DNA of 64,000 nt from an uncultured Anaerolineaceae bacterium (GCA_964579825.1 CAZOHT010000007.1:3540-67539), one strand, 5' to 3'; positions 34,593-44,577 are shown, numbered from the stretch's first letter. Notes: generated from the letters alone by a model not told the origin. Made by a program: numbers and translations.

Positions 34593-34678
34593 GATCGGTC
34601 GTGCCCGGTCAGGCGGGTCAGGCGGTCTCGGTCGCAGCCGCGCGCGACCGCTACCGGATCGGTCGTGCCCGGTCAGGC
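34593..34678. repeat. 22-bp direct repeat GATCGGTCGTGCCCGGTCAGGC (34593-34614 and 34657-34678)
   Basis: Both copies are exact. The second overlaps the stop codon (34673-34675) of the EamA gene on the minus strand. Confidence 0.85.
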
Positions 34679-35617
34679 CGATCCGGTCGCCTTCGGGGCC
34701 ACCGGTTCGGCGCGCCGACGCTCGAACAGCCGCCGTCGCCCATAGCGGCCATTGACGATCGCGATACCCGCAAGGACGGCGATCGTGCCGATGACCACGC
34801 GCCCGTCGATCGTCTCGTCGAGGACCGCGAACCCGAGCGCGATGCCGATCACCGGGATGACGTACGACACCATCGTGAGGCGGGTCGCCCCCCACGGGCC
34901 GAGCAATCGGAAGAAGCACAGGTACGCGAGTCCGGACCCGAGTAGACCCAGCCACAGGATGGAGAAGATCGCCTCGGCGTCCGGCGCGGCGGCCAGTGGC
35001 TGCTCGAACAGGAAGGCGAGCACGAGCGTGTAGGCCGCTGCGTAGGTGACCTGGAACACGGCTGGGACCATCGGTCGCAGGCCGCGGATGTTGCGTCGGG
35101 CGTAGATCGCCCCGCAGGCGTAGCTGGTGGCCGCGCCGAGCAGTGCCAGCATCGCCGTCAGCTCGGCCCCCGAGCCCGACAGCCCGGGACTCACGAGGAT
35201 GACGACCCCGATGAACCCAAGGCCCAGTCCGACCAGCCCGTTCAGGCGGAGCGGCTCATCCGGGAGGAAGAACGGCGCCAGCACGGCCACGATCAGGGGG
35301 ATGGGCGACGTCAGGATCGCGGCGAGCGACGAGTCGGCCGATCGTTCGGCCCAGGTGATCAGGGCGAACGGGATCGCGATGTTGATCGCCCCCATCGCCG
35401 CGAGATGGCCGTAGGTCCGTCGCTCACGAGGTAGCTCCACGCGCGACAGCAGCACGACGGACCACAGGAGACCGGCGCCCACGATCAACCGCAGGGCCAC
35501 GAGCGTGAACGTCCCGAAGTCGTCGACGGCGAGCTTGATGAACAGGTAGCTCGAGCCCCAGCAGAACGCCAGGGTCAGGAAGATGAGCCATTCGATCGGC
35601 GTGGCACGGCGGGTCAT
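34673..35617 (-). CDS. EamA/DMT family transporter
   Basis: 314 aa from ATG 35617 (MTRRATPIEWLIFLTLAFCWGSSYLFIK...) with 10 TM helices. Confidence 0.8.
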   Translation of the reverse strand: MTRRATPIEWLIFLTLAFCWGSSYLFIKLAVDDFGTFTLVALRLIVGAGLLWSVVLLSRVELPRERRTYGHLAAMGAINIAIPFALITWAERSADSSLAAILTSPIPLIVAVLAPFFLPDEPLRLNGLVGLGLGFIGVVILVSPGLSGSGAELTAMLALLGAATSYACGAIYARRNIRGLRPMVPAVFQVTYAAAYTLVLAFLFEQPLAAAPDAEAIFSILWLGLLGSGLAYLCFFRLLGPWGATRLTMVSYVIPVIGIALGFAVLDETIDGRVVIGTIAVLAGIAIVNGRYGRRRLFERRRAEPVAPKATGSA

Positions 35618-35762
35618 CGCGGCATGATAGCCCCTTGGCCTATTCGGATATTCCAACGGTCGCGCATACCACCCGGAACCCGGCCGGGGCCGCATCCGTT
35701 GCATCCCCGAGGAGTCCGATCCGTCGCATCGCCGTGAGGGGCTCGCCCGGTCCGAGCCGACG

Positions 35763-36551
35763 TCAGCGCCAGCGGGTCAGGATCGACTCCCGATCGAACA
35801 GCGTCACGCCGAGCCGCAGGCCGGCCAGGCTCACGATGAACACGACGACGGCAAGAACGAAGTACCCGAGCGCTCCGACGAGGACCGTGCCGGTCGCCTG
35901 CAGCAGGATGACCGCGATGATCGGCACGATGATGATCCCGCCGATCTGCTGTGCGACTCGAGGGTCCGATACGCGCGAGCTGACGATGACGCCGGCCACC
36001 ACGGACGACAGGCCCACCGCCGGCCCCAGCACGAAGACGCCCATGAGCCAGGACGCGTCCGTCACGACGCCGAACAGCGCCGGCCCGTAGACGATCGATG
36101 CCAGGGCCACGAACACGAGATATGTCAGCCAGCCGGCGAGGACGCCTGGGATGAGTGCCGCGAGCACCTTGCCGGCGAGCAGCTCCACCGTCCTGATCGG
36201 GGCAGCCAGGACCGGCTCCAGGCTGCGGGCCTGCTTCTCGCCGATGATGCTGAACGTGGCGATGGCGAGCGGGATGTAGGCCGGCATCAACAGGAAGAAC
36301 ACGAGGAACTGCTGCACGGCGAACGCCCCGGCCAGCTCGCTCGGCGTGAACGACGACCACTCCGGCCGCTGGGCCAGCACGGCCCCGGCCAGCTCATCGG
36401 GCAGGGATCGTTCGCCGATGACGCCGGCCAGGGCGATCGGGGCGACCGTCAGGATGATCGGCGGGAACAGGATGGTGGCGATGAGCAGGCGATTGCGCGA
36501 TGTCTCGAGCCACTCGCGGCGAAGGACCGTGCTCACGATGTGGGACCGCAT
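35763..36551 (-). CDS. ABC-2 type transporter permease
   Basis: 262 aa with 6 TM helices. ATGA overlap with the upstream ATPase gene. Confidence 0.8.
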   Translation of the reverse strand: MRSHIVSTVLRREWLETSRNRLLIATILFPPIILTVAPIALAGVIGERSLPDELAGAVLAQRPEWSSFTPSELAGAFAVQQFLVFFLLMPAYIPLAIATFSIIGEKQARSLEPVLAAPIRTVELLAGKVLAALIPGVLAGWLTYLVFVALASIVYGPALFGVVTDASWLMGVFVLGPAVGLSSVVAGVIVSSRVSDPRVAQQIGGIIIVPIIAVILLQATGTVLVGALGYFVLAVVVFIVSLAGLRLGVTLFDRESILTRWR

Positions 36552-37492
36552 CAGGGTGCCTCACCCGAGCCGTCGGGGTGAACGCCCATGACATCGAAGT
36601 AGACGTCCTCGAGGGTGGAGGCGCGTTCGTGGACCTCGGCGATCTCGGCGCCGGCCAGGACGAGGGCTCGAACGAGCCCGGGCGTGACGACGGCCGGGTC
36701 GTCGGCTGCCACGACGAGGTGCCGCCCGGCCGAGGTCGCACCGCGCACACCGGGGAGGGCCCGGGCGACCGCCACGAGCGCCTCCGGCACGTCACCGGCC
36801 AGCGTGACATCCACACCGCGCACCCCGGTCGCGGCCCGTAACCCGGCCGGGGTGTCCACCTTGAGCAAGCCGCCGCGCACGAACGCCACGCGGTCGCACA
36901 GCCGGTTCGCCTCGTCGAGGTTGTGCGTTGCGAGGACGATCGTCCGGCCGGCCCGGCGCAGCCCTTCGATGGCCTCGCGGACGACGAACGCGGCCTCCGG
37001 ATCCAGCGCCGCGGTAGGCTCGTCGAGGAAGACCACGGCCGGGTCATGGAGCAGCGCCCGCGCGATCGCCAGTTTCTGCTTCATGCCCTTGCTGAACGTC
37101 CCGGCGCTGTCGTCGCGCCGGTCCCACAGCGAGAAGAGGCGCAGATAGCGCTCGATCCCGTCCGCGCGTGCCGTCGCGTCCAGCCCGTAGAGCCGGCCGA
37201 AGAAGTCCAGGTTCGACCGGGCCGACAGCTTGTCGTAGAGGCCCGGCGTCTCGGTCAGGATGCCGATCCGCGCCCGGACGGCGTCGGGCTGCTCTCGGAC
37301 GTCGAAGCCCTCGATGGACGCCGTGCCTTCGGTCGGTTCGATGAGGGCCGTCAGCATGCGCACCGTCGTCGTCTTGCCCGCGCCGTTGGGCCCGAGCAGG
37401 CCGAGGACCTCGCCGCGATCCACCGCGAGGTCCATGCCGCGGACAGCCCACAGGTCACCGAAGCGGCGTCCTAGCCCGGCCGCCTGGAGCAT
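36551..37492 (-). CDS. ABC transporter ATP-binding protein
   Basis: 313 aa from ATG 37492 with Walker A GPNGAGKTTT, signature FSKGMKQKLAIAR and Walker B VFLDEPTAALD. Confidence 0.88.
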   Translation of the reverse strand: MLQAAGLGRRFGDLWAVRGMDLAVDRGEVLGLLGPNGAGKTTTVRMLTALIEPTEGTASIEGFDVREQPDAVRARIGILTETPGLYDKLSARSNLDFFGRLYGLDATARADGIERYLRLFSLWDRRDDSAGTFSKGMKQKLAIARALLHDPAVVFLDEPTAALDPEAAFVVREAIEGLRRAGRTIVLATHNLDEANRLCDRVAFVRGGLLKVDTPAGLRAATGVRGVDVTLAGDVPEALVAVARALPGVRGATSAGRHLVVAADDPAVVTPGLVRALVLAGAEIAEVHERASTLEDVYFDVMGVHPDGSGEAP

Positions 37493-37593
37493 CACCACGG
37501 CCGCCGGCCGATCTCGTCGCGCATCGCGACAGTCTGCCAGCCGCCGGCCCATCGCCGAGCCCGTACCATGGGACCCACAGCGAAGGAGGCGAC

Positions 37594-39015
37594 ATGCGAC
37601 TCTGGGGCGGGCGCTTCAGCGAAGAGAACGACCAGCGCGTCGCCGATTTCACCCGGTCCATCGAGGTCGATGCGGGCCTCGCCGCCGACGATCTCGATGC
37701 CTCGATCGCCCACGTCCGCGGGCTGGGGCGCGCGGGGCTGCTGACCGGGGAGGAGGTCGACGAACTCGTCGGCGGCCTCACCGGGCTCGCCGAGGACGTG
37801 GCGGCCGGTCGGATCGACTGGGACCCGTCCCTCGAGGACGTTCACATGAACCTGGAGGCCGCGCTGGCCGCCCGGATCGGGCCGGTCGCCGGCAAGCTCC
37901 ACACCGGTCGGTCGCGCAACGACCAGGTCGCCACGGACCTGCGACTGTGGACGCGTCGGGCGATCGATCGCCTGGACGCGGCCATCCTCGAGTTCGAGCG
38001 AGCGCTCGTGGACCTCGCCGGGCGAGAGCGCGAGGCGATCCTGCCGGGGACGACCCACATCCAGCCGGCCCAGCCGGTCCTGTTCGCCCATCACCTGCTC
38101 GCCTATGTCGAGATGGGGGAGCGCGACCGCGGCCGCCTGGCCGACGCGCGGCGGCGGACCAACATCAGCCCGCTCGGCGCGGGTGCGCTCGCCGGTGCGG
38201 GTTATCCGCTCGATCGGGCGGCCACGGCGCATGAGCTCGGCTTCGACGGCGTGACCGCCAACTCGCTCGATGCGGTCTCGGATCGGGACTTCGTCGTCGA
38301 GACGCTCGGGGCCATCGCGCTCGGGATGGTCCATCTCAGCCGTCTGGCCGAGGAGATCACGTGGTGGTCGAATCCGTCGTTCGGCTTCGTCCGTGCGTCC
38401 GATGCCTTCTCGACCGGCAGCAGCATGATGCCGAACAAGAAGAATCCGGACCCGGCGGAGCTCGTGCGCGGCCGCGCGGCCCGGGTCATCGGGGCGCTGA
38501 CCGGCACGCTGGCGATGCTCAAGGGCCTGCCGCTGGCGTACCAGCGCGACCTCCAGGAGGACAAGGCCCCGCTGTTCGATGCCGTGGCGGTGTACGAGGC
38601 ATCGCTCGGCGTCCTGGCCGGGATGCTGGACACGATCAGCGTGGACGGTGCGCGGATGCGCGCTGCGGCGACCCAGGGCCACACGACCGCCACGGCCGTC
38701 GCCGACTCGCTCGTTCGCCGCGGCGTGCCGTTCCGCACGGCCCATCACGTGGTCGGGTCGCTCGTCGCCCACGCCGAGGAGGCGGGCTGTGGGCTGGATG
38801 AGCTGCCCGACGAGACCATCGCGGCCGCGCTCGCGGTCTCGGACGACCCGACGGCGAGGCGGCTCGGGGCCGAGGCCGCGATCGGCGATGCGGTGCGGAC
38901 CGCCGCCGGCCTCGACGGCGCACTCGCCTCATGCGACGTCGTCGGCGGGACCGCGCCGGGTCGGGTGTCGGCGGCGCTCACGGCGGCCCGCAAGCGACTC
39001 GACCGAGCGGAATAG
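37594..39015 (+). CDS. argH: argininosuccinate lyase
   Basis: 473 aa with MRLWGGRFSE.. and the fumarate-lyase signature ..GSSMMPNKKNPD.. GAAGGAGG sits 4 nt upstream of the ATG. Confidence 0.93.
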   Translation: MRLWGGRFSEENDQRVADFTRSIEVDAGLAADDLDASIAHVRGLGRAGLLTGEEVDELVGGLTGLAEDVAAGRIDWDPSLEDVHMNLEAALAARIGPVAGKLHTGRSRNDQVATDLRLWTRRAIDRLDAAILEFERALVDLAGREREAILPGTTHIQPAQPVLFAHHLLAYVEMGERDRGRLADARRRTNISPLGAGALAGAGYPLDRAATAHELGFDGVTANSLDAVSDRDFVVETLGAIALGMVHLSRLAEEITWWSNPSFGFVRASDAFSTGSSMMPNKKNPDPAELVRGRAARVIGALTGTLAMLKGLPLAYQRDLQEDKAPLFDAVAVYEASLGVLAGMLDTISVDGARMRAAATQGHTTATAVADSLVRRGVPFRTAHHVVGSLVAHAEEAGCGLDELPDETIAAALAVSDDPTARRLGAEAAIGDAVRTAAGLDGALASCDVVGGTAPGRVSAALTAARKRLDRAE

Positions 39016-39080
39016 CGGGAGCCGGGGCGCGGGGGGCGCGACGAGCCGGCCAGGTCGTCGTCCGGATCCGCGAGCCGCTC

Positions 39081-39980
39081 CTACAACTCCGTCGTCGAGC
39101 AGATCGTCACGTCGCGAACGAGGTGCGGATCGCGCGCGAACGCGGTCGCGACGATGACGTGGAACTGGGCGGTGGACCGGCCGCGCTCCGTCAGGATCGT
39201 GGGCAGCCACCTGGCCGGCATCTCGCTGTGAAACGTCATCGTCTGTGGGCCGCCGAACTCGCCTGGCCCCGCCGCGATGCCCGTCCAGAGCGTGATGGTC
39301 TCCTCTCGCCCGTTGCCGACCGTGGCCTCGACCTTCACGCGCAGTTCCAGGCGGATCTCCTGGATCTTGCGTGATGGCGCGGCCCGTAGCGTGATCCGGC
39401 CCGTGAACGGTGCCCCGACACAGAGCGGCGAGGGGTCAAGCCGCACCGACCCCTCGAACCCGTCCGAGTCGGCATCGGCCTCCGGGTACAGCGCGAACTC
39501 CGCGACGGCGACGACGCCGGCGCGCAGGAGGGCCGTCGGCTGGTGGACGCGGACGGGGACCTCGAAGGATGGGTCGAAGCCCGGGACATCCAGGTTGACC
39601 CTGACGTGCCAGTCCAGGCCGAACTCCGTGGCCTCGAAGCTGGGGGGCCCGAGCGCCGGGACGGGCAACTGGAACGGCACGTCGCGCGACTCGCCTCGCG
39701 CGAACCTGGTCGAGCCCATGACCGCGATCGGGACCGCGGGCAGGTCTTCCTCGCCGGTCTTGATCTCTGTGTGGGTGTGGCCTTCGGAGTCCGTCCGTAC
39801 CGAGTCGTAGCGCCAGCGCTGCGTGCCGACGAGCGTCACGCGGGCGCCGCGGATCTCGCCGCCATCGCGGGCGGCGATCCGGAGCGTGCCATCGACGAGG
39901 CGGCCGGGCAGGAGGTCCGCTCGATCCAGCTCGAGTTCGAGGTCGAAGTCGCCCGAGGTGGCGCGTGCCGTGACCGTCAT
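39081..39980 (-). CDS. arrestin-fold (Spo0M/arrestin_N-like) protein, function unknown
   Basis: 299 aa from ATG 39980. It has two beta-sandwich-like halves, each starting with an L..G..v.G.i.l pattern (..[15 protein letters not shown].. and ..[14 protein letters not shown]..). The longer 370-aa track start would translate the 12-bp tandem repeat. Confidence 0.45.
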   Translation of the reverse strand: MTVTARATSGDFDLELELDRADLLPGRLVDGTLRIAARDGGEIRGARVTLVGTQRWRYDSVRTDSEGHTHTEIKTGEEDLPAVPIAVMGSTRFARGESRDVPFQLPVPALGPPSFEATEFGLDWHVRVNLDVPGFDPSFEVPVRVHQPTALLRAGVVAVAEFALYPEADADSDGFEGSVRLDPSPLCVGAPFTGRITLRAAPSRKIQEIRLELRVKVEATVGNGREETITLWTGIAAGPGEFGGPQTMTFHSEMPARWLPTILTERGRSTAQFHVIVATAFARDPHLVRDVTICSTTEL

Positions 39981-40096
39981 CGTGCGGCCATCATGCCAGC
40001 CGGAGGACGCGGGCGACGCGAGCGAGCCCGTACTCGCGGCCAGGGCCACGGCTGACTCCACATCCGCAGCCGCGCCCGTCGCCTCAACCCCCGCGC

Positions 40097-40132
40097 CCAC
40101 TCTCGCCTCCACTCTCGCCTCCACTCCCGCGC
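40097..40132. repeat. 12-bp tandem repeat CCACTCTCGCCT, 2 exact units plus 1 degenerate
   Basis: Units at 40097-40108, 40109-40120 and 40121-40132 (CCACTCCCGCGC). They lie in the divergent region between the arrestin-like gene and add. Confidence 0.85.
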
Positions 40133-40158
40133 CCAGGGCCACGCGGTACCATCGGTCC

Positions 40159-41265
40159 GTGCCAGATCTTGCGACCATCGTCGCCGCCCCCAAGGCGTTG
40201 CTTCACGATCACCTCGATGGCGGCCTGCGGCCCGCGACGGTCGTCGATCTCGCCTCGGAGTACGGCTACGGCGACCTGCCGACGACCGACGTCGCGGAGC
40301 TCAGCACGTGGTTCCGGCGCGGCGCCGACCGCAAGAGTCTGGAGCTGTATCTCGAGACCTTCGTCCACACGTTCGGGGTCATGCAGGAGCGCGACGCGAT
40401 CATGCGGGTCGCCTCGGAGTGCGCCCAGGACCTGGCCGCGGACGGCGTCGTCTACGCCGAGGTCCGGATGGCGCCCGAGCTGTGCACCGCGCGCGGCTTG
40501 ACCCTCGATGAGGCGGTCGAGGCGATGCTGGACGGGTTCCGGGTCGGGGCGGAGGCGGCCGAGGCGGCCGGCCACCCGATCGTCATGAAGTTGCTGGTCA
40601 CGGCCATGCGTCAGGCCGCCCGGTCCGTCGAAGTGGCGGAGTGCGCGGTGCGCTGGCGGGATGCGGGCGTCGTCGGGTTCGACATCGCCGGTCCGGAGGC
40701 CGGGTACCGGCCCACCCGACACCTGGATGCGTTCGACCTGGTCCGGCGCGAGAACTTCCACATCACGATCCACGCCGGCGAGTCGTTCGGCTTGCCGTCC
40801 ATCTGGGAGGCGCTCCAGTTCTGTGGCGCGGAGCGGCTCGGCCACGGCGTCCGCATCGTCGATGACATCACGGTCCGCGACGACGGGTCCGTGGAGCTGG
40901 GTCGCCTCGCGGCGTTCGTGCGGGATCGGCGGGTCCCGCTCGAGATGTGTCCGTCGTCGAACGTCCACAGCGGCGCGGCGGCCTCCATCGAGACGCACCC
41001 GATCGACCTTCTCCGCCGGCTGCGCTTCCGGGTGACGCTCAACACCGACAACCGCCTGATGAGTGGCGTCTCGCTCTCGAGCGAGTTCGCGGCCCTGGAC
41101 GCGGCGTTCGGGATCGGCCTCGGCGAGATGGAATGGCTGACGATCAACGCGATGAAGAGCGCGTTCGCGCCGTTCGATGAGCGGATCCACATCATCAACG
41201 AGGTCGTGAAACCGGGCTACGCGCGGCTCCGCGCCGACGAGGTCCGGGTCGTCCCAGCGGGGTAG
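40159..41265 (+). CDS. add: adenosine deaminase
   Basis: 368 aa from GTG 40159 with ..[12 protein letters not shown].. and ..ITIHAGE.. and ..[10 protein letters not shown]-like [11 protein letters not shown].. TACCAT lies 6 nt upstream of the GTG. Confidence 0.9.
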   Translation: MPDLATIVAAPKALLHDHLDGGLRPATVVDLASEYGYGDLPTTDVAELSTWFRRGADRKSLELYLETFVHTFGVMQERDAIMRVASECAQDLAADGVVYAEVRMAPELCTARGLTLDEAVEAMLDGFRVGAEAAEAAGHPIVMKLLVTAMRQAARSVEVAECAVRWRDAGVVGFDIAGPEAGYRPTRHLDAFDLVRRENFHITIHAGESFGLPSIWEALQFCGAERLGHGVRIVDDITVRDDGSVELGRLAAFVRDRRVPLEMCPSSNVHSGAAASIETHPIDLLRRLRFRVTLNTDNRLMSGVSLSSEFAALDAAFGIGLGEMEWLTINAMKSAFAPFDERIHIINEVVKPGYARLRADEVRVVPAG

Positions 41266-41369
41266 GGCGAGGTAGGGCGGGGCGCCGCGGCGGCGCCGGG
41301 ATCGCCGCGGCGGCCCGGGTAGTGGCGGCGGCCCGGGTGGTGGCGGGCCGGCGCCGGGATCGCCGCGGC
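41261..41369. repeat. block of GC-rich short direct/tandem repeats right after the add stop
   Basis: GGTAGGGCG occurs twice (41261-41269 and 41271-41279). The 18-mer CGGCCCGGGTRGTGGCGG is tandem twice (41311-41346). The 20-mer GGCGCCGGGATCGCCGCGGC occurs twice (41292-41311 and 41350-41369). Confidence 0.85.
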
Positions 41370-41378
41370 CTCGGCGGC

Positions 41379-41489
41379 GCGCCCACCAGATGCACACTCG
41401 CGACGAATGAGCGCGGTCACGTCGCGTCGGCTGGCGTTTCGTGGGATCCGGTCATCGGCCCACGAGGCGTTTGTCGCAAGATCGCATCT
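41379..41489. repeat. intergenic hairpin element, family B
   Basis: It starts with GCGCCCACCAGATGCACA, identical to 16164-16181. The arms AGATGCACACTCGCGAC (41388-41404) and GTCGCAAGATCGCATCT (41473-41489) pair at both ends with an internal loop. Confidence 0.5.
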
Positions 41490-41528
41490 TCGAGGCGCGC
41501 CCGGCCGTCGGCTCGCTTGGACTCGTGC

Positions 41529-41695
41529 GTATCGACGCCATCATTGTCAACCGTGCGAGGGCGGGCGTAAGGCCGCATCTGGCGGCGAACGGGTGCCGTC
41601 CTGAGCGTGGATGCGTGGCTTCCGTATGGCCGGAGTCGCCTTATGGGCATGCCTGCGCCCGGCATAGCGATGGTGTCGATATCGACGGGGTGAAG
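41529..41695. repeat. roughly 165-bp palindromic intergenic element, family A
   Basis: The left end is GTATCGACGCCATCA (41529-41543). The right end is CGATGGTGTCGATATCGAC (41668-41686) followed by GGGGTGAAG. Interior arms pair, for example CGTAAGGC with GCCTTATG. Confidence 0.7.
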
Positions 41696-41766
41696 ATGGC
41701 GTCAGCGGTCTACGGACCGGCGGCTGGCTACCCGCCGATGGAGGGAGCGGCCATCGCGGCCGGCCG

Positions 41767-42372
41767 TCAACCGCCTGGCGACAGCGCCGCCGCCGTCGTC
41801 GGGTCGGCCGCCGCTTCCCGACGGTCGAGGATCGCCGGCAGGCCCACCGCGACCGTGGCGATGCCCCAGACCAGCCCGACGACCAGGCCATCCATCGCAT
41901 GCCTCGTCGCCCAGCCGACCGGCGTCTCCTCGAGCGGCATCCCAAGCGCCTTCGTGACGACTTCGGCAAGCAGCAGCCCGCCGGTCCAGGCAAGGAAGCA
42001 CGTCGCGAGGACGATGGGTCGTCGCTCGCCGAGCGGGCCGGCGAACGCGGCGAGCATCGCGACCCCGCCGATGACCGGGACCCCGATCAGGCCGACACTG
42101 TTCGGCGCGCCGTCGTGCACCGCGTGCGTAACGCCGACCCCGATCGCCATCGCCAGGAGCAGCCGTCCGCCCGCGCGCCGAGGCAGCAGCAGGGCGATCC
42201 ACTGGATCAGGCCCACCAGGACGCCCGAGATGGCGCCGAGGATCAGGCCGAAGATCGCCGCCGACACGTTCCACGTCCCGTGGCCACCGAAGCTCCCGGG
42301 GAAGTGGAAGATGAACCCGGCGACGACGAGCCCGACGGTCGTCGCCGCCACCCACGCCACCGGGCGCAGCAT
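41767..42372 (-). CDS. integral membrane protein, function unknown
   Basis: 201 aa from ATG 42372 (ATGA overlap with the upstream gene), with about 6 hydrophobic segments. The upstream part of the 380-aa track ORF was dropped. Confidence 0.55.
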   Translation of the reverse strand: MLRPVAWVAATTVGLVVAGFIFHFPGSFGGHGTWNVSAAIFGLILGAISGVLVGLIQWIALLLPRRAGGRLLLAMAIGVGVTHAVHDGAPNSVGLIGVPVIGGVAMLAAFAGPLGERRPIVLATCFLAWTGGLLLAEVVTKALGMPLEETPVGWATRHAMDGLVVGLVWGIATVAVGLPAILDRREAAADPTTAAALSPGG

Positions 42373-43241
42373 CAGGGCATCCCCATCGCGACCCGGACAT
42401 GGGGCAGGACGGTCAGCACGCCGAGGACCGCGGTCACGACGAGCGACACGCTGCCGACGACCGCCAGCGAGCGGGGCGGCACCGTCCCGCCGCGCGCCCG
42501 CAGCACCCACCACGCGAGCGTGCACAGCCCGACGACGAGCAGCCCCCAGCCCGCGCGGACCGGCGCGCGATAGGACGGGTCGCCGAACATCGCGGCGACC
42601 ACGATGGGCAGGATCAGGAACAGGCCCATGAACGTGAGGGCCAGGTAACCGGCGGCACTCGGGTCGTCCCCGAGGACCGACCGCGGCATCCGGCGGTCGA
42701 GCCACCCATCGACCATCGCCATCGAGAACCCGACCGCGAAGACGAGGGCCAGGAGCAGGGCGACCACCGCCGGGTCGTAGCCGAGGATGATGAAGTCCGG
42801 GTTCGTCCGCTGGACGAGGAGCGGCGTCCCGAGCGCCACCGCCAGCCCGCCGGTGATCAACGCTCGACCGAGGCCGTGCCCCGGGACCCAGGGACGCATG
42901 GCGACCCACAGGACCGCGGCCATCAGTCCGACGCCGAGGCCGCCGAACAGGAGCAGCGCGAGCGTCCCGTTCAGGGTCATCGCCCCGATGACGGCGTCCA
43001 TCTCGGTCACGCGGCCCACGGTGTCCTCGTGCAGGATCGTGGCCAGGCGCATGACGAGTCGGCCACCCAGTCCGGCGACGAAGATGCCGACGAGGATCCC
43101 CGCGATCCCGCCCCGGGCGATGTCGCGCAGGACCTCGCTGACGGCCGTGAGCCGTGCCGACTCCGAGGCAGGGACCTCGTCGGATCCAGTGCCGATCTCG
43201 GGTCGATCGGCCGTCGTGAGCGCATCGGCCATCGGGCGCAC
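42372..43241 (-). CDS. integral membrane protein, function unknown
   Basis: 289 aa (GTG 43241 or ATG 43232) with about 8 hydrophobic segments. Confidence 0.55.
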   Translation of the reverse strand: MRPMADALTTADRPEIGTGSDEVPASESARLTAVSEVLRDIARGGIAGILVGIFVAGLGGRLVMRLATILHEDTVGRVTEMDAVIGAMTLNGTLALLLFGGLGVGLMAAVLWVAMRPWVPGHGLGRALITGGLAVALGTPLLVQRTNPDFIILGYDPAVVALLLALVFAVGFSMAMVDGWLDRRMPRSVLGDDPSAAGYLALTFMGLFLILPIVVAAMFGDPSYRAPVRAGWGLLVVGLCTLAWWVLRARGGTVPPRSLAVVGSVSLVVTAVLGVLTVLPHVRVAMGMP

Positions 43242-43297
43242 CTCGTCAGCGAGACGCTATATCGATGGTCGGTATATACGACTCGGTGGGGCGGGTG

Positions 43298-44575
43298 TCA
43301 ACCCCCCGCGGGCAGGGCCACGACGAACCGGCTGCTGGCGTAGCCGTTGGGCTCCAGGAAGATGCGGCCGCCCATCGCATCCATGAGCCGCCTGGACGCG
43401 AACAACCCGATCCCGGACCCGCGACTCCGGCCGCGCCCCTCGATCCGGACGAACGGCTCGAACACGCTCTCCCAATCCTCGATCGGCACGCCTGGGCCGT
43501 CGTCGGTCACGTACACCTGCATCTCGCCTCCGACGCGCCAGACACCGATGCTCACGCCCTGGTCGCCGGGTGCGTACTTCGACTCGTTCTCGAGGAGTTG
43601 CTCCAGGACCTGGCGGAAGCGCGCCTCGTCGCCGACCGCGATGTGCGGCTCGGACGGTCGCTCCCAGCGGATCTGGTGCGGACGAAGGAGGCGCCGGAGC
43701 GTCTCGACCGTCTCGTCGACGGCGGCCACGACATCGAATGGCGCGCGGGACAGGTTGGTGAGCCCGTCGCCCCGGACCGAGGCCAGGATGGAGTCGACCA
43801 GCCGGTCCAGTCGGGCGAGCTGATCGTCGGCCGCATCCCGCCACGCCGCCGTGTCCGCGGCGCCCGTGCCCGAACCGCCTGCGCCCGAGCCGCTCGCCCC
43901 GCCCGCGCCGCCCGCGCCACCTGCGCCCGCTGCGTCGGCCAGCAGGTCCACGTAGACCCGGACGACCGACAGCGGTGTCCGCAGCTCGTGCGTCACGACC
44001 GACAGCAGTTCCGCCCGGGCCGCATCGAGGGCCGTGAGCTGGGCCAGCCGCGCCTCGACCTCGGCCGTGAGCCGGCCCTTCTCGACGATCCCCGCGAGGA
44101 GTGCCGCGATCGTCCCAAGGAACGCGATCTCGGTCTCCCCGAAGACGCGGACGTCGCGCGTCTGGACGTTGAGGACGCCGACGACGCCGTCGTGCCAGAC
44201 GAGCGGGACCGACAGCATCCCCGCGAGCGCTTCGACGTCGAACCCGCGGACCCACGCGAACCGGTCGTCCTTGGTGACGTCCGCGATGGCGATGGGCTCG
44301 CGCGTGGCGGCCACGCGTCCGGTCACGCCCTCGCCCCAGCCGAGACTGACCTTGCCGACCTGGGATCGATCGAGCCCGTTGGTCGCGGCCAGGGTCAGCC
44401 GGGTCCGGTCCCGATCGGCGAGATAGAACGAGCAGACTTCGACGCCCATCGCCTGGGTCGTGCCGTCCACGATCGTGCGCATGAGCTCATCCCAGTCGCG
44501 GGCGAGGGTGGCGAGCTGGGCGATCTCGTGGAGGAACGCGAGTTCGGCCAGACGACGGTCGTCGTCGGGGCCCAT
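43298..44575 (-). CDS. cytoplasmic GAF-domain sensor histidine kinase
   Basis: 425 aa from ATG 44575. It has an N-terminal GAF domain (..GEGVTGRVAATREPIAIADV..), H-box SVVTHELRTPLS, N-box LENESKY, G1 DDGPGVP and G2 GSGIGLF. There are no TM segments. Confidence 0.85.
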   Translation of the reverse strand: MGPDDDRRLAELAFLHEIAQLATLARDWDELMRTIVDGTTQAMGVEVCSFYLADRDRTRLTLAATNGLDRSQVGKVSLGWGEGVTGRVAATREPIAIADVTKDDRFAWVRGFDVEALAGMLSVPLVWHDGVVGVLNVQTRDVRVFGETEIAFLGTIAALLAGIVEKGRLTAEVEARLAQLTALDAARAELLSVVTHELRTPLSVVRVYVDLLADAAGAGGAGGAGGASGSGAGGSGTGAADTAAWRDAADDQLARLDRLVDSILASVRGDGLTNLSRAPFDVVAAVDETVETLRRLLRPHQIRWERPSEPHIAVGDEARFRQVLEQLLENESKYAPGDQGVSIGVWRVGGEMQVYVTDDGPGVPIEDWESVFEPFVRIEGRGRSRGSGIGLFASRRLMDAMGGRIFLEPNGYASSRFVVALPAGG

Positions 44576-44577
44576 GT

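Noticed and set aside
34601-34640. An SRP-RNA-like GGTCAGG repeats segment (CCCGGTCAGGCGGGTCAGGCGGTCTCGGTCGCAGCC).
   Set aside because: It lacks the conserved GGAAGCAG domain IV loop and a symmetric helix-8 context. It is better explained as part of the 22-bp direct repeat region.
34395-41695. The idea that the repeat families mark an integrated mobile element or genomic island spanning 34.4-41.7 kb.
   Set aside because: The interval contains ordinary housekeeping genes (argH, add, an ABC-2 pair, EamA) in the same codon style. It has no integrase or transposase and no tRNA target, and similar repeats occur at other unrelated junctions.
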